From Parcubacteria group bacterium (lineage in GTDB: Bacteria; Patescibacteriota; Minisyncoccia; UBA6257; UBA11618), in contig CALQZH010000003.1 of assembly GCA_943349395.1 (NCBI GenBank), forward strand, positions 3,688-59,808: a stretch of DNA of 56,121 bases, written 5' to 3'. This document shows positions 17,364 to 26,091 of this stretch, in pieces. The translations under genes were made by a program, and so were the position numbers. The notes below the pieces were generated by a model. That model was not told the origin of the DNA. It saw only the letters and a program-made list of their open reading frames with translations, and did no database searches. Numbering within the stretch: position 1 is the first letter of the stretch; the number at the start of each line of letters is the position of its first letter.

Positions 17364-18272
17364 TTAGATCTTCAGGTATTTCTGTATGGCGAAGTTGCTC
17401 GAGATCACGCCGAGCGCGATGCCGAAGAGGAGCTGGTAGCCGACGAGCGAGAAGATATGCGCGACGAAATACGCCCGCAGGTCTAGATCGGTTATGAAGT
17501 ACTTGAGATAGGGCGCTCCCCAGTATATGGCCGGCCAGAAGACGGCGAGGCTTATCGCCGCCCCTATCACGCCGTAAATGACGCCTTCGACCATATAGGG
17601 GCCGCTGATGAGGCTCGCGGGGGCGCCGACGAGGCGCATGATGCCGATCTCGTCGCGATTGGAATAGATCGCGAGGCTGACGGTGTTGAAAGTTATTATG
17701 ATCGCCGTGAGCGTGAGGAGGATCGTGATGATGAGTCCGAGGCGGTTTCCGATGTCGATCGCCTTCCCGAGCCGTTCGATGATCGCCTGGTTCTGGCGGT
17801 AGGTTATCTTCTGGGTGAGCGGTCTCCAGTCGGCGTTATCCAGGCCTTTCGCGATCGCGGCGTACTGGCTCGGGTCTTTCGCCTTGATGTTCACGAGCGC
17901 GGAGAGCGGGTTTTCGGCGAGTTCGGACAATGCCTGGCTGATCGCCGGATCGTCCTTATGCGCTTCCTTGAAGGTAGCAAGCGCCTTGTCGCGCGAGACG
18001 TATTCCACGCTCTCGGTTTCGGGAAGGTTCTCGATCGCCTTCTTGATCTTCAGTATTTCCTCTTCCGGCGCCGTCGGCTTGAAGTAGACGGATATGTCAA
18101 TCTTCTCCTTCAGGAGCGCCACGGACGTCTTCGTTATGACGCTGAACACGATGAGGCTTTCGAACACGATCAGTGCCAGCACGATCACGATGAGCGTGGC
18201 GGCGGAAAGCCACTTCCCCCGGGAGAAGTTCTGCCAGCCGTATCTGAATATCCGCGCGAAGAGTGTTGCCAT
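17364..18272 (-). CDS. ftsX: Cell division permease FtsX
   Basis: 302 aa with one N-terminal TM, a periplasmic domain and three C-terminal TMs. Adjacent to ftsE. Confidence 0.85.
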   Translation of the reverse strand: MATLFARIFRYGWQNFSRGKWLSAATLIVIVLALIVFESLIVFSVITKTSVALLKEKIDISVYFKPTAPEEEILKIKKAIENLPETESVEYVSRDKALATFKEAHKDDPAISQALSELAENPLSALVNIKAKDPSQYAAIAKGLDNADWRPLTQKITYRQNQAIIERLGKAIDIGNRLGLIITILLTLTAIIITFNTVSLAIYSNRDEIGIMRLVGAPASLISGPYMVEGVIYGVIGAAISLAVFWPAIYWGAPYLKYFITDLDLRAYFVAHIFSLVGYQLLFGIALGVISSNFAIQKYLKI

Positions 18273-18279
18273 GGATCCT

Positions 18280-18969
18280 TTATGAAAGCACGTATTTGCC
18301 GTTCTTCTCGTCGCGGATCACCTTCCCCTGGTCCATGCTGATCACCCGCTTTCCCAGGGCGTTCACGATGTCCTTGCTGTGCGTCGCGAGGATGACGGTC
18401 GTTCCCAGCTCGTTGATTTTCATGAGTAGCTTGATGATTTCCCACGTATTGCCCGGGTCGAGGTTTCCCGTCGGCTCGTCGGCGACGATGACCATCGGCC
18501 GGTTGATCATGGCGCGGGCGATCGCGACGCGCTGCTTCTCCCCGCCCGAGAGCTGGTCTGGGAAGTGGTGCGCGCGCTCGGCGAGCCCTACCATGTCGAG
18601 CACTTGGGGAACGACGCTCTCGATCTCGATATCCGGTCGTCCGGCCACCTCCATGGCGAATGCCACGTTCTCATAGACGTCTTTTTTGGGAAGGAGGCGG
18701 AAGTCCTGGAATACCACGCCGATCTTGCGGCGCAGTTCCGGGAGCTCCGAAGACGAGAGGCGGTTCACTTCCTTGCCCGCGATCATGATCTTTCCTTTCG
18801 TCGGGCGGTCTTCGCCGATCATGAGCTTCACGAGCGTAGATTTTCCCGCGCCTGACTTCCCCACGAGCGTGACGAATTCCTGGGATTCTATCTTCAGGTT
18901 CACGTCTTCCAAGGCCACGCTTTTCGTGCCATTCTCGTACCATTTAGAAACGTTCACGAATGAGATCAT
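18280..18969 (-). CDS. ftsE: Cell division ATP-binding protein FtsE
   Basis: Walker [13 protein letters not shown] signature LSGGEKQR, Walker B VIVADEPT. Confidence 0.9.
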   Translation of the reverse strand: MISFVNVSKWYENGTKSVALEDVNLKIESQEFVTLVGKSGAGKSTLVKLMIGEDRPTKGKIMIAGKEVNRLSSSELPELRRKIGVVFQDFRLLPKKDVYENVAFAMEVAGRPDIEIESVVPQVLDMVGLAERAHHFPDQLSGGEKQRVAIARAMINRPMVIVADEPTGNLDPGNTWEIIKLLMKINELGTTVILATHSKDIVNALGKRVISMDQGKVIRDEKNGKYVLS

Positions 18970-19025
18970 ATAGCGAGCTTTTAGGTGGTTAGCTTTTAGC
19001 GATTAGGATTACGGAGTATCGGCAA

Positions 19026-19745
19026 CTATGCCTTCAATTCTATTTCGCTTTCGATGAACTTGTCGAGCTCACCGCCCAGTATCCGGTCGGGATCATGCGA
19101 TTCCGTCTTCGTGCGATGGTCTTTCACGAGCTTGTACGGGTGCAGGACGTATGAGCGGATCTGGTTTCCCCACTCGGGAACGATCTTCGTCTTGAGCGCC
19201 GCGAGCTCTCCGGTCTTCTGATCCTGCAGTGCCTGGAATATTTTCGCTTTCAAGATCGAGAGTGCCCGTTCGCGGTTCTGGATCTGGGAGCGTTCCGCGC
19301 GCGAGGCGGCCGAGAGTCCCGTAGGGACATGGACGATGCGTACCGCGGTCTCGACCTTGTTCACGTTCTGTCCGCCCGGGCCGCCGCCGCGGGACATCTC
19401 GATCTTCAGGTCTTCCGCCGGGATATGCATGGCTTCCGCGTCGAGCCGCGGGAGCTCAGGGAGAATCTCGACCAAGGCGAACGAGGTGTGGCGCATGTTC
19501 TTCGAGGAGAACGGCGAGATGCGAACGAGCCGGTGCACGCCGAATTCGCGCTTGAGCCGGCCGTACGCCCCTTCGCCTTTCAGGTAGAACGAGCGGTCGT
19601 CGATTTCGGTCGCTTTCCAGCCCTTGAGCGCGGCGTATTTGACGTACATGCGCGCGAGCATATTCGCCCAGTCTTTCGCGTCGTCGCCCCCCGCCCCCGC
19701 GTAGACGGTGAGGTGGACGCTGTTTTTATCGTATGTGTCGGTCAT
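19026..19745 (-). CDS. prfB: Peptide chain release factor 2, lacking N-terminal domain 1 (239 aa)
   Basis: SPF tripeptide (RISPFSS) and GGQ (GPGGQNVNK). The protein begins at the AGAGG..DW..ML.RMY segment that starts domain 2 in full-length RF2. No frameshift site or upstream exon is present. Confidence 0.8.
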   Translation of the reverse strand: MTDTYDKNSVHLTVYAGAGGDDAKDWANMLARMYVKYAALKGWKATEIDDRSFYLKGEGAYGRLKREFGVHRLVRISPFSSKNMRHTSFALVEILPELPRLDAEAMHIPAEDLKIEMSRGGGPGGQNVNKVETAVRIVHVPTGLSAASRAERSQIQNRERALSILKAKIFQALQDQKTGELAALKTKIVPEWGNQIRSYVLHPYKLVKDHRTKTESHDPDRILGGELDKFIESEIELKA

Positions 19746-19749
19746 CGTG

Positions 19750-19820
19750 AGCCGGTGAGAGGAATCGAACCCCCGTCTTTGCTTTACGAAAGCACCGCTC
19801 TGCCATTGAGCTACACCGGC
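19750..19820 (-). tRNA. tRNA-Thr (anticodon CGT)
   Basis: Reverse complement GCCGGTG...CACCGGC acceptor, anticodon loop TTCGTAA, T loop TTCGATT. Confidence 0.8.
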
Positions 19821-19844
19821 TTTTCTCCGTTTGGCGTACCAGGA

Positions 19845-19873
19845 ATGATAGCAGGTCGCGGTTTTCCGGGCAA
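19845..19873 (-). promoter_or_regulatory. Sigma70-type promoter for tRNA-Thr/prfB
   Basis: Minus strand TTGCCC-17 nt-TATCAT, about 25 nt upstream of the tRNA 5' end. Confidence 0.5.
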
Positions 19874-19931
19874 TCGGCTGATATGTCCTTAATGGGAACG
19901 CCCGACATGTGCCGGGCGTGAGCGCTATGCG

Positions 19932-20156
19932 CTAATTTCCGCAATACGGTTCTTCATAGGGTCGTATGCCGAGCCGTATCTTTTCCCTCTGTCGTGCGTT
20001 TTCATGCGCGGCGTCGCATCGTTCCGAAAATTCTCCGAGCCATAGTTTCCCCGCAGGCGTTCCGAGGAACCGGTTCTGCGCCTCGACTGCGCCGCCGAAT
20101 GCCATCAGATACCGTTCGGTCGACGTCAGTTCTGCGTATTTCGCGTTTCGTGCCAT
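19932..20156 (-). CDS. Hypothetical small protein
   Basis: 74-aa ORF with an ATG start, followed by a hairpin (ACGCCCGGCACATGTCGGGCGT). No family recognised. Confidence 0.4.
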   Translation of the reverse strand: MARNAKYAELTSTERYLMAFGGAVEAQNRFLGTPAGKLWLGEFSERCDAAHENARQREKIRLGIRPYEEPYCGN

Positions 20157-20279
20157 GATAGCTCCTCATCCAGGGCAGTACATGCCCCATTGCGTGTCTT
20201 CGTTGGTTAGCCGAAAGATCCGCTATCAACTATAGTGCGGCTTCGTCATGGCCGCAATCGGTCCGGCTTATTTTTTTTG

Positions 20280-20350
20280 AGCGGGATACGAGAATCGAAC
20301 TCGCGCCTCAACCTTGGGAAGGTCGCGTACTACCACTGTACTAATCCCGC
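20280..20350 (-). tRNA. tRNA-Gly (anticodon CCC)
   Basis: Acceptor GCGGGAT/ATCCCGC, anticodon arm CGACC-TTCCCAA-GGTTG, T loop TTCGATT. Confidence 0.85.
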
Positions 20351-20369
20351 GTTTCGTATCGTTATACCC

Positions 20370-20921
20370 TTATTTCGCGAACCTGACAATCTTCGCTTTT
20401 CCCCGTTCGCTCGCGAGCCAGGCCGCGAATGCCGCGTCGTCCCATTTCTTCTTCCCTTTCAGGAATTCCCGTTCCGTTTCTGGGCGGGCGATGAATTCCA
20501 CGAATCCCGCGGCGTTCAGTCCGTACACTACGGACATCGCGACGGAAAATTCGGGGTTTTGGGAATAGGTCGTCATTTTCTCCTCGAGCAGGGTATCCGC
20601 TTCGGCCTCGTCATCCTCATGCGCGATCGCATCCCGTACGATAATCGTGTCGATGAGCGCGTCTACGCTCTTCGTGCGCGCTTCCCGTGCCAGTTCTGGC
20701 GTGATTTTCGCGGTCGATGTAGCTTGGCCCGCGGCCTGGCCGTAATAGCGGATCGCCGATGCCGCCATGCGGCTCGCGTCCGATGCCCAGACGACATGCG
20801 CGTTGCCGCCGATGTCCGCGTGCGCCACGACGAATGCTGCCGGGTACCACCCGAGCATGGCGCATGCTGCCGCGACTCCTATCGCGATTATGGCCGCGAA
20901 TGCCTTTCCTGGGTGACTCAT
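20370..20921 (-). CDS. Membrane-anchored hypothetical protein
   Basis: 183-aa ORF with an N-terminal TM helix. 4-nt overlap with the upstream ftsB-like gene. Confidence 0.6.
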   Translation of the reverse strand: MSHPGKAFAAIIAIGVAAACAMLGWYPAAFVVAHADIGGNAHVVWASDASRMAASAIRYYGQAAGQATSTAKITPELAREARTKSVDALIDTIIVRDAIAHEDDEAEADTLLEEKMTTYSQNPEFSVAMSVVYGLNAAGFVEFIARPETEREFLKGKKKWDDAAFAAWLASERGKAKIVRFAK

Positions 20922-21181
20922 CGTTTCGGAATGATGACGTAGACCTTTTCTCCCGGGGCGGCGTATCCCGCCCTTCTCAATTCGCGCAGGACGGTATCTG
21001 AATCCTTGAGCGAGGAAAGATCGTTTTCCAGCTTGCCGTTTTCCTTCGCGAGCGGCGCGATCTTCGCCTCGATCGCGGCAAGCTCGCGTTCGAGCTCGCC
21101 CTTCTTCACGGCGAGGCGATACAGCTGGAATGCCAACGCTCCCACAGCGACTACCGTCAGGGCATACAGGACGAATCTCAT
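20918..21181 (-). CDS. Septum formation initiator (FtsB/DivIC-like)
   Basis: 87 aa with an N-terminal TM followed by a coiled coil (KKGELERELAAIEAKIAPLAKENGKLENDL). Confidence 0.65.
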   Translation of the reverse strand: MRFVLYALTVVAVGALAFQLYRLAVKKGELERELAAIEAKIAPLAKENGKLENDLSSLKDSDTVLRELRRAGYAAPGEKVYVIIPKR

Positions 21182-21213
21182 GCTTTCACACTACCATGCG
21201 GCGGGCGTCGCAT

Positions 21214-22995
21214 CTATTTCTTCATCAGCTCCTTGAAGATCGAGGCTGGGATCTTCACCTCATTCCGCTCGCCCATCTCCTTCAGCCTCACCTTTCCCCG
21301 TTCTTGTTTCTTCCATAGCTTCATCTTGCGCGTGCGGTCGCCGCCGTTCTTTCCGAAGTCGCCCAAGCTTTTCTTCATGGCCGGTATCGTTTCGCGGGCG
21401 ATGATCCTCGTCCCTACCGCCGCCTGGATGGCCTGCGAGAATTGCTGGCGCGGGAGGAGATCCTTAAGCCGTTCGACGGTGAGCCGGGCCTCGCGGTCCA
21501 TCCGCTCTTTGGGCAAGATCCGCGTGAGTCCGGGAATGAGATGCGTCGCGACCAGGATATCCACTTTCTCGAGGTCGGCCGCGCGGTAGCCCGTGAGCTC
21601 GTAGCTCATCGAGGCGTATCCTTCGGAGAGGGATTTCAAGCGGTCGTCGAGATCGCTCATGAGATCCGCGAGCGGGAGCGAGGCCGAAAGCACGACCCGG
21701 GTGCCGAGCGTCTTCGTGTCGAACTCGCCGAAGCGGAAGAATTCCGCGAGCGTGAGGATGCTCCCGATATATTTCGGGGGCGTGATGATCTCCATGCGCG
21801 CCATCGGCTCCTCTATACCCTCGCTCACGGACGGGAAGTCTTTCGGGTTGCGCACGAAGCGCCATTCCCCTTTCATTTTCACGCGGTATTCGACGGTCGG
21901 GAAGCTGTGGACCGTCTCGATGCCGAATTCCTTCTCGAGACGCTCCGCGGCTATCTCGAAGTGGAGGTGGCCTAGGAAGCCGCCTTTGAATCCGCGGCCC
22001 AGGACTTCGCTCGTTTCCGGCTCGAATGAGAGGGCCGAGTCGGTGAGCCGGAGCTTCCCCAGCGCTTGGCGCAGATTCTCGTATTCGTTCGGATCTTCGG
22101 GGTAGAAGGAGACGAAGACGACCGGCTGAGGCTCCTTGTAGCCGGGAAGGGCCGGGTCGTCCCCGATGCGGATCGTGTCGCCGATCTTCAGGTGGCCCGG
22201 GTCCTTGATGCCCGTCGCGATATACCCAATCTCGCCATTTCCGAGGCTCTCGGCCGGTCTCATTTTCGGGAAGAACCATCCAACCTCCTTCACTTTCGCG
22301 CGCGTATCGGTGGCTATGAATCGCACGTCGCCCTCCTTCGCGAATGCTCCCCCGAACACGCGCACGAACGCGATGACTCCCTTGTGGTCGTCGTAGACCG
22401 AGTCGAATATGAGCGCGCGCGCGCCTTTCTCGCTTTCTCCCGGGGCGTTCTTCGGCGGCGGCACTTTCCGTATCACTTCCTCGAGCAGGCTTTCCACGCC
22501 CAGCCCGGTCTTCGCCGACACGCGCACGATCTCCCCTTCCGGGCAGCCGATCAGCTCCGCGACGTCCTTCACGATTTCCTCGAGACCCATCGGATTCATA
22601 TCCACCTTGTTGATGGCTCCCAGTATCGTGAGGCCGGCACGCCTCGCGTTCTCGAAGTTGGCGAGCGTCTGCGCCTGTATTCCCTGGGTGCCGTCGACGA
22701 GAAGGATCGCCCCTTCGACCGCTTGGAGCGCGCGCGACACCTCGTAGCCGAAGTCGGAGTGGCCGGGCGTGTCGATGAGGTTCAGGACATAGTCCCGGTA
22801 TTGCATTCTCACGGGGGCCATCTTGATCGTGATGCCGCGCTCCCGCTCGGACTCGAGCTGGTCGAGATATTGTTCCTTCATGACGCGCTGCTCGACCGTG
22901 TGGGTCAATTCCAAAAATCGGTCGGCAAGGGTCGACTTGCCGTGATCTATGTGCGCGATTATGACGAAATTCCTTATCTTATCGAGATTATTCAT
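21214..22995 (-). CDS. lepA: Elongation factor 4 (LepA)
   Basis: IIAHIDHGKSTLADR, DTPGHSDF and NKVD GTPase motifs plus the LepA C-terminal domain. 593 aa. Confidence 0.95.
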   Translation of the reverse strand: MNNLDKIRNFVIIAHIDHGKSTLADRFLELTHTVEQRVMKEQYLDQLESERERGITIKMAPVRMQYRDYVLNLIDTPGHSDFGYEVSRALQAVEGAILLVDGTQGIQAQTLANFENARRAGLTILGAINKVDMNPMGLEEIVKDVAELIGCPEGEIVRVSAKTGLGVESLLEEVIRKVPPPKNAPGESEKGARALIFDSVYDDHKGVIAFVRVFGGAFAKEGDVRFIATDTRAKVKEVGWFFPKMRPAESLGNGEIGYIATGIKDPGHLKIGDTIRIGDDPALPGYKEPQPVVFVSFYPEDPNEYENLRQALGKLRLTDSALSFEPETSEVLGRGFKGGFLGHLHFEIAAERLEKEFGIETVHSFPTVEYRVKMKGEWRFVRNPKDFPSVSEGIEEPMARMEIITPPKYIGSILTLAEFFRFGEFDTKTLGTRVVLSASLPLADLMSDLDDRLKSLSEGYASMSYELTGYRAADLEKVDILVATHLIPGLTRILPKERMDREARLTVERLKDLLPRQQFSQAIQAAVGTRIIARETIPAMKKSLGDFGKNGGDRTRKMKLWKKQERGKVRLKEMGERNEVKIPASIFKELMKK

Positions 22996-23043
22996 GCGTC
23001 AGATACCTATGAGTTATAGGTCATTTCTCCCTTTAACGCAAAG

Positions 23044-23200
23044 AAAAATCCCCTTGCGGGGGACTTTTCTCAGAGACTCTGCCTGGAAATCGCCGACTGG
23101 CATTCAAATTGGAGTTCTCGCCTTGTCTCCACGGAGACAAGCGCACCGAGCCCCCATACAAACTGCTTAACTCGGATTCTAGGCAGAATCTCTATGTTTA
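23044..23200 (-). ncRNA. Candidate small RNA (long irregular hairpin with own -35 box and terminator)
   Basis: Minus-strand TTGACA at 23226-23221. A 13-bp closing helix forms between 23193-23181 and 23084-23072. Apical hairpin CUUGUCUC-CGUG-GAGACAAG. Terminator at 23068-23044 followed by UUUUUCUUU. No ORF. Confidence 0.5.
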
Positions 23201-23246
23201 GAGTAGCACACCCTGACTGCTGTCAAAAGGAGTTATCCACACCCCT

Positions 23247-23864
23247 CTAGATCATCAATTCTTCCTCGATGCGGCGGTAGTCGCTGATCTCGCCTTGCTT
23301 GAACCACAATACCATCTCGTGCTTCGCCTCTTCGGGCGTTTCCGACGCGTGGATCAGGTTGTGGATCGCGCGCTTTCCCGCGTTCGCCGCTGCCGGAGAA
23401 TCCGCCGAGAAGTCGCCGCGGATCGAGCCGAGCTCGGCCGACGACGGCACCGTGTGCCCGCAGAGTTTCCGCACCATGTCGATCGCGTGAACACCTTCTA
23501 TCATCAGCTTCACCGTCGGGCCGGACGTCATGTAGTCCAGGATCCATTCGCGCACGAGGCGGCCGATCTTTTCCAGGTCGTCGGTGCCGAGCTCCTTCTT
23601 CGGATCGATGCCGTACTTCGCGTACGTTCCCATCGTCTTTTCGCCCAAGCGCTTGATCCATTTCGCGTCTTTCGGGTAGTGCCGGTCGATCTGCGCCCGC
23701 GAGGGCGAGAACATCGCGCATGCGATGACTTTCAACCCGCGCTGCTCGATGCGGCCGATGATCTCTCCGGTGAGTCCGCGCTTCACGCCGTCCGGCTTTA
23801 TCATCGCGAACGTGCGTTCCTGCGTGAACGCCGCCTTACCCTTTCCCTTCTTTATTGGTTTCAT
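23247..23864 (-). CDS. ndk: Nucleoside diphosphate kinase (long form with insertion)
   Basis: ERTFAMIKPDGV and NLIHASE (catalytic His) motifs. 205 aa, with an N-terminal extension and an internal insertion. Confidence 0.85.
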   Translation of the reverse strand: MKPIKKGKGKAAFTQERTFAMIKPDGVKRGLTGEIIGRIEQRGLKVIACAMFSPSRAQIDRHYPKDAKWIKRLGEKTMGTYAKYGIDPKKELGTDDLEKIGRLVREWILDYMTSGPTVKLMIEGVHAIDMVRKLCGHTVPSSAELGSIRGDFSADSPAAANAGKRAIHNLIHASETPEEAKHEMVLWFKQGEISDYRRIEEELMI

Positions 23865-25257
23865 GGTTCTTTATGAGAGCCAATCCTACCTCATCCAGCT
23901 GGGATTTCGCAAGCGCGCTCGGCGCATCCATCATGAGGTCCCGCGCATCGCCCGTCTTCGGAAAGGCGATGACTTCCCTGATGTTCGGCTCGTTTGCGAG
24001 GATCGCGAGCAGGCGATCGATGCCCATGGCGATGCCGCCGTGGGGCGGCGCCCCCATGTCGAGAGCATTCAGCATATGGCCGAAATTCTCCCCGATCTGC
24101 GCCGCGGAATATCCGATGATCTCGAACACCTTTTTCAGCGCCGCCGACGTATGGTTCCTGATCCCTCCCCCGCCTACTTCGTATCCGTTCAGTGCCAGGT
24201 CGTATTGCGCGGCGACGATGCCCCCGATATTCTCGCCTGCCATGAGCTCGCCGTGGTGTTCCGGCTTCGGCGCCGAGAACGGGTTGTGGGTGAAGGTCCA
24301 TTTTCCGCCGTCCGTCTGCTCGAAGAACGGGAAGTCGATGATCCACGCGAAGGCGAGGAGGTCCGGGTCGTTCTTGTCGTTCCGCAGATCGGGCTTGTCC
24401 GAGCCGTATTTTTCCATGGCCTCCTCGTACGAGAGGCGCGGGAACGGCTTTTCCTGGATTTTCTTTTCCGGCATGAGCGTTTCGACAGTCGCGATATAGA
24501 GATTCTCGATGAGATTCATCACGTCTTCCTGGGCAACGAAGCTCATCTCAAGGTCGAGCTGGGTGAATTCGGGCTGGCGGTCGCCGCGCGTATCCTCGTC
24601 GCGGAAGCAGCGTGCGAACTGGAAGTATCGCTCGAGGCCCGCCACCATGAGCAGCTGCTTGTATTGCTGGGGCGATTGCGGCAAGGCGAATGATTTTCCC
24701 GGATAGATGCGCGACGGCACGAGATAGTCGCGTGCTCCCTCGGGCGTCGATTTTGAGATGATGGGCGTCTCGACTTCGGTGAAATCACGTTCGCCTAGAT
24801 AGTCGCGCATGAAGGCGATCACCTCGTGGCGCAGGGCCAGGTTCTTCTGCAGGCGCTCGCGCTTCAGGTCGACATAGCGGTATTTCAGCCGGTGTTCCTC
24901 GCCTATCTCGTATCCGTCCGTATCGATGGCTATGGGCGGGGTTGCCGCCTCGTTCAGTATCTCCAAAGACGATGCCTTGATTTCCCATGCGCCGTTTCCG
25001 AGGTCCGGGTTCACCATGCTGTCCGGGCGCCTCGCGACCGTTCCTACGAGACGGATTACCCATTCGGGGCGCAGGGTCGCGGCTTTCCCATATAGCTCGG
25101 CGTCCTTTGCCACGAAGACGCATTGCGCGATACCGCTCCGGTCGCGCAGGTCTATGAAAATGATCTTGCCGTGGTCGCGGCGGATATTGACCCAGCCCAT
25201 GAGGACTATCTCCTTTCCTTCTGATTTTCCGATATCTGCAGCGAGTACGCGTTCCAT
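23836..25257 (-). CDS. aspS: Aspartyl-tRNA synthetase, bacterial type without the GAD insertion domain
   Basis: OB-fold N-terminus. Class II motifs FRDEDTRGDRQPEFTQLD and GGGGIRNH. GSDKPDLRN runs directly into WIIDFPFFE, where the GAD domain normally sits. Confidence 0.9.
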   Translation of the reverse strand: MERVLAADIGKSEGKEIVLMGWVNIRRDHGKIIFIDLRDRSGIAQCVFVAKDAELYGKAATLRPEWVIRLVGTVARRPDSMVNPDLGNGAWEIKASSLEILNEAATPPIAIDTDGYEIGEEHRLKYRYVDLKRERLQKNLALRHEVIAFMRDYLGERDFTEVETPIISKSTPEGARDYLVPSRIYPGKSFALPQSPQQYKQLLMVAGLERYFQFARCFRDEDTRGDRQPEFTQLDLEMSFVAQEDVMNLIENLYIATVETLMPEKKIQEKPFPRLSYEEAMEKYGSDKPDLRNDKNDPDLLAFAWIIDFPFFEQTDGGKWTFTHNPFSAPKPEHHGELMAGENIGGIVAAQYDLALNGYEVGGGGIRNHTSAALKKVFEIIGYSAAQIGENFGHMLNALDMGAPPHGGIAMGIDRLLAILANEPNIREVIAFPKTGDARDLMMDAPSALAKSQLDEVGLALIKNHETNKEGKG

Positions 25258-25272
25258 ATGGCCTTCATCCTA

Positions 25273-26091
25273 TCATTTTTCGGTGAAAATCCTCAAGGAT
25301 CCTCCGCTCGGGACGATTTTCACCGTTCCGCGCTCTCGCGTGGCATAGGTTCTCGCCCCGATGCCTTCCAGGCGCGCTACCGTTCCCGGCGCCGGATGGC
25401 CGTATGAATTCTTCCCTACTTCGAATACTGCGATTTTCGGCCTGACTTCGTTCACGAACGCCGCGCTCGAGGAAAAACGCGAGCCGTGGTGCCCGACCTT
25501 CAGCACGTCGGCTTTCAGCTTGTATTTTTTCCGCAGGCGATCCTCGTTTGCGGCATGGGCATCGCCCATAAAGAGCATGCTCGTGCCGGGACCCGAGAGG
25601 AGCGCCACGAGAGAAGTCTTATTCGGGTCGGAATCATTCCGCTCGTTTTCGTCCGGACCGAGAATCGTCATGACATAGTCGCCGTACGTTATCCTGTCCC
25701 CTTCGCCGAGCACGAGGCCCGGCCCCTTCAGGCTTCCGTAGGCAGGTGCCGTCCCTTCCGTGCTGTTCGTGATGAATTTCCCCACGCGGTACCGTTTCAT
25801 GATTTCCGGCAGGCCCCCGAAGTGGTCGAGATGCGGATGCGTGAGGAGAACGAGGTCTATATAGCGATCATCCCGTCCGAGGGCCCGCTTGAGGGCTTTC
25901 AGGGCCATGCCGTTCGGTGGGCCGCCGTCTATCAGGATCTCAACGGGGCCGAAGTCGAGCAGCTCGCCGTCTCCCTGTCCGACGTCGAAGAAATAGAATG
26001 ACGGGATTGCGGGGCGCGCGGCGATCGCCGCCTGCCGCCAGGCGATTGCGTTACAGATAACGAGCAGCGATATGAATGACTTCCATCTCAT
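25273..26091 (-). CDS. MBL-fold metallo-hydrolase (ComEC C-terminal-domain-like), membrane anchored
   Basis: HPHLDHFGG motif and GHHGS. N-terminal hydrophobic anchor. Overlaps the comEC-like ORF in another frame. Confidence 0.8.
   Translation of the reverse strand: MRWKSFISLLVICNAIAWRQAAIAARPAIPSFYFFDVGQGDGELLDFGPVEILIDGGPPNGMALKALKRALGRDDRYIDLVLLTHPHLDHFGGLPEIMKRYRVGKFITNSTEGTAPAYGSLKGPGLVLGEGDRITYGDYVMTILGPDENERNDSDPNKTSLVALLSGPGTSMLFMGDAHAANEDRLRKKYKLKADVLKVGHHGSRFSSSAAFVNEVRPKIAVFEVGKNSYGHPAPGTVARLEGIGARTYATRERGTVKIVPSGGSLRIFTEK

Noticed and set aside
19932-20156. Possibility that this 74-aa ORF encodes the missing N-terminal domain 1 of RF2.
   Set aside because: Its sequence shows no resemblance to the RF2 domain 1 helical bundle. 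It is separated from prfB by a terminator-like hairpin, a promoter and a tRNA gene.
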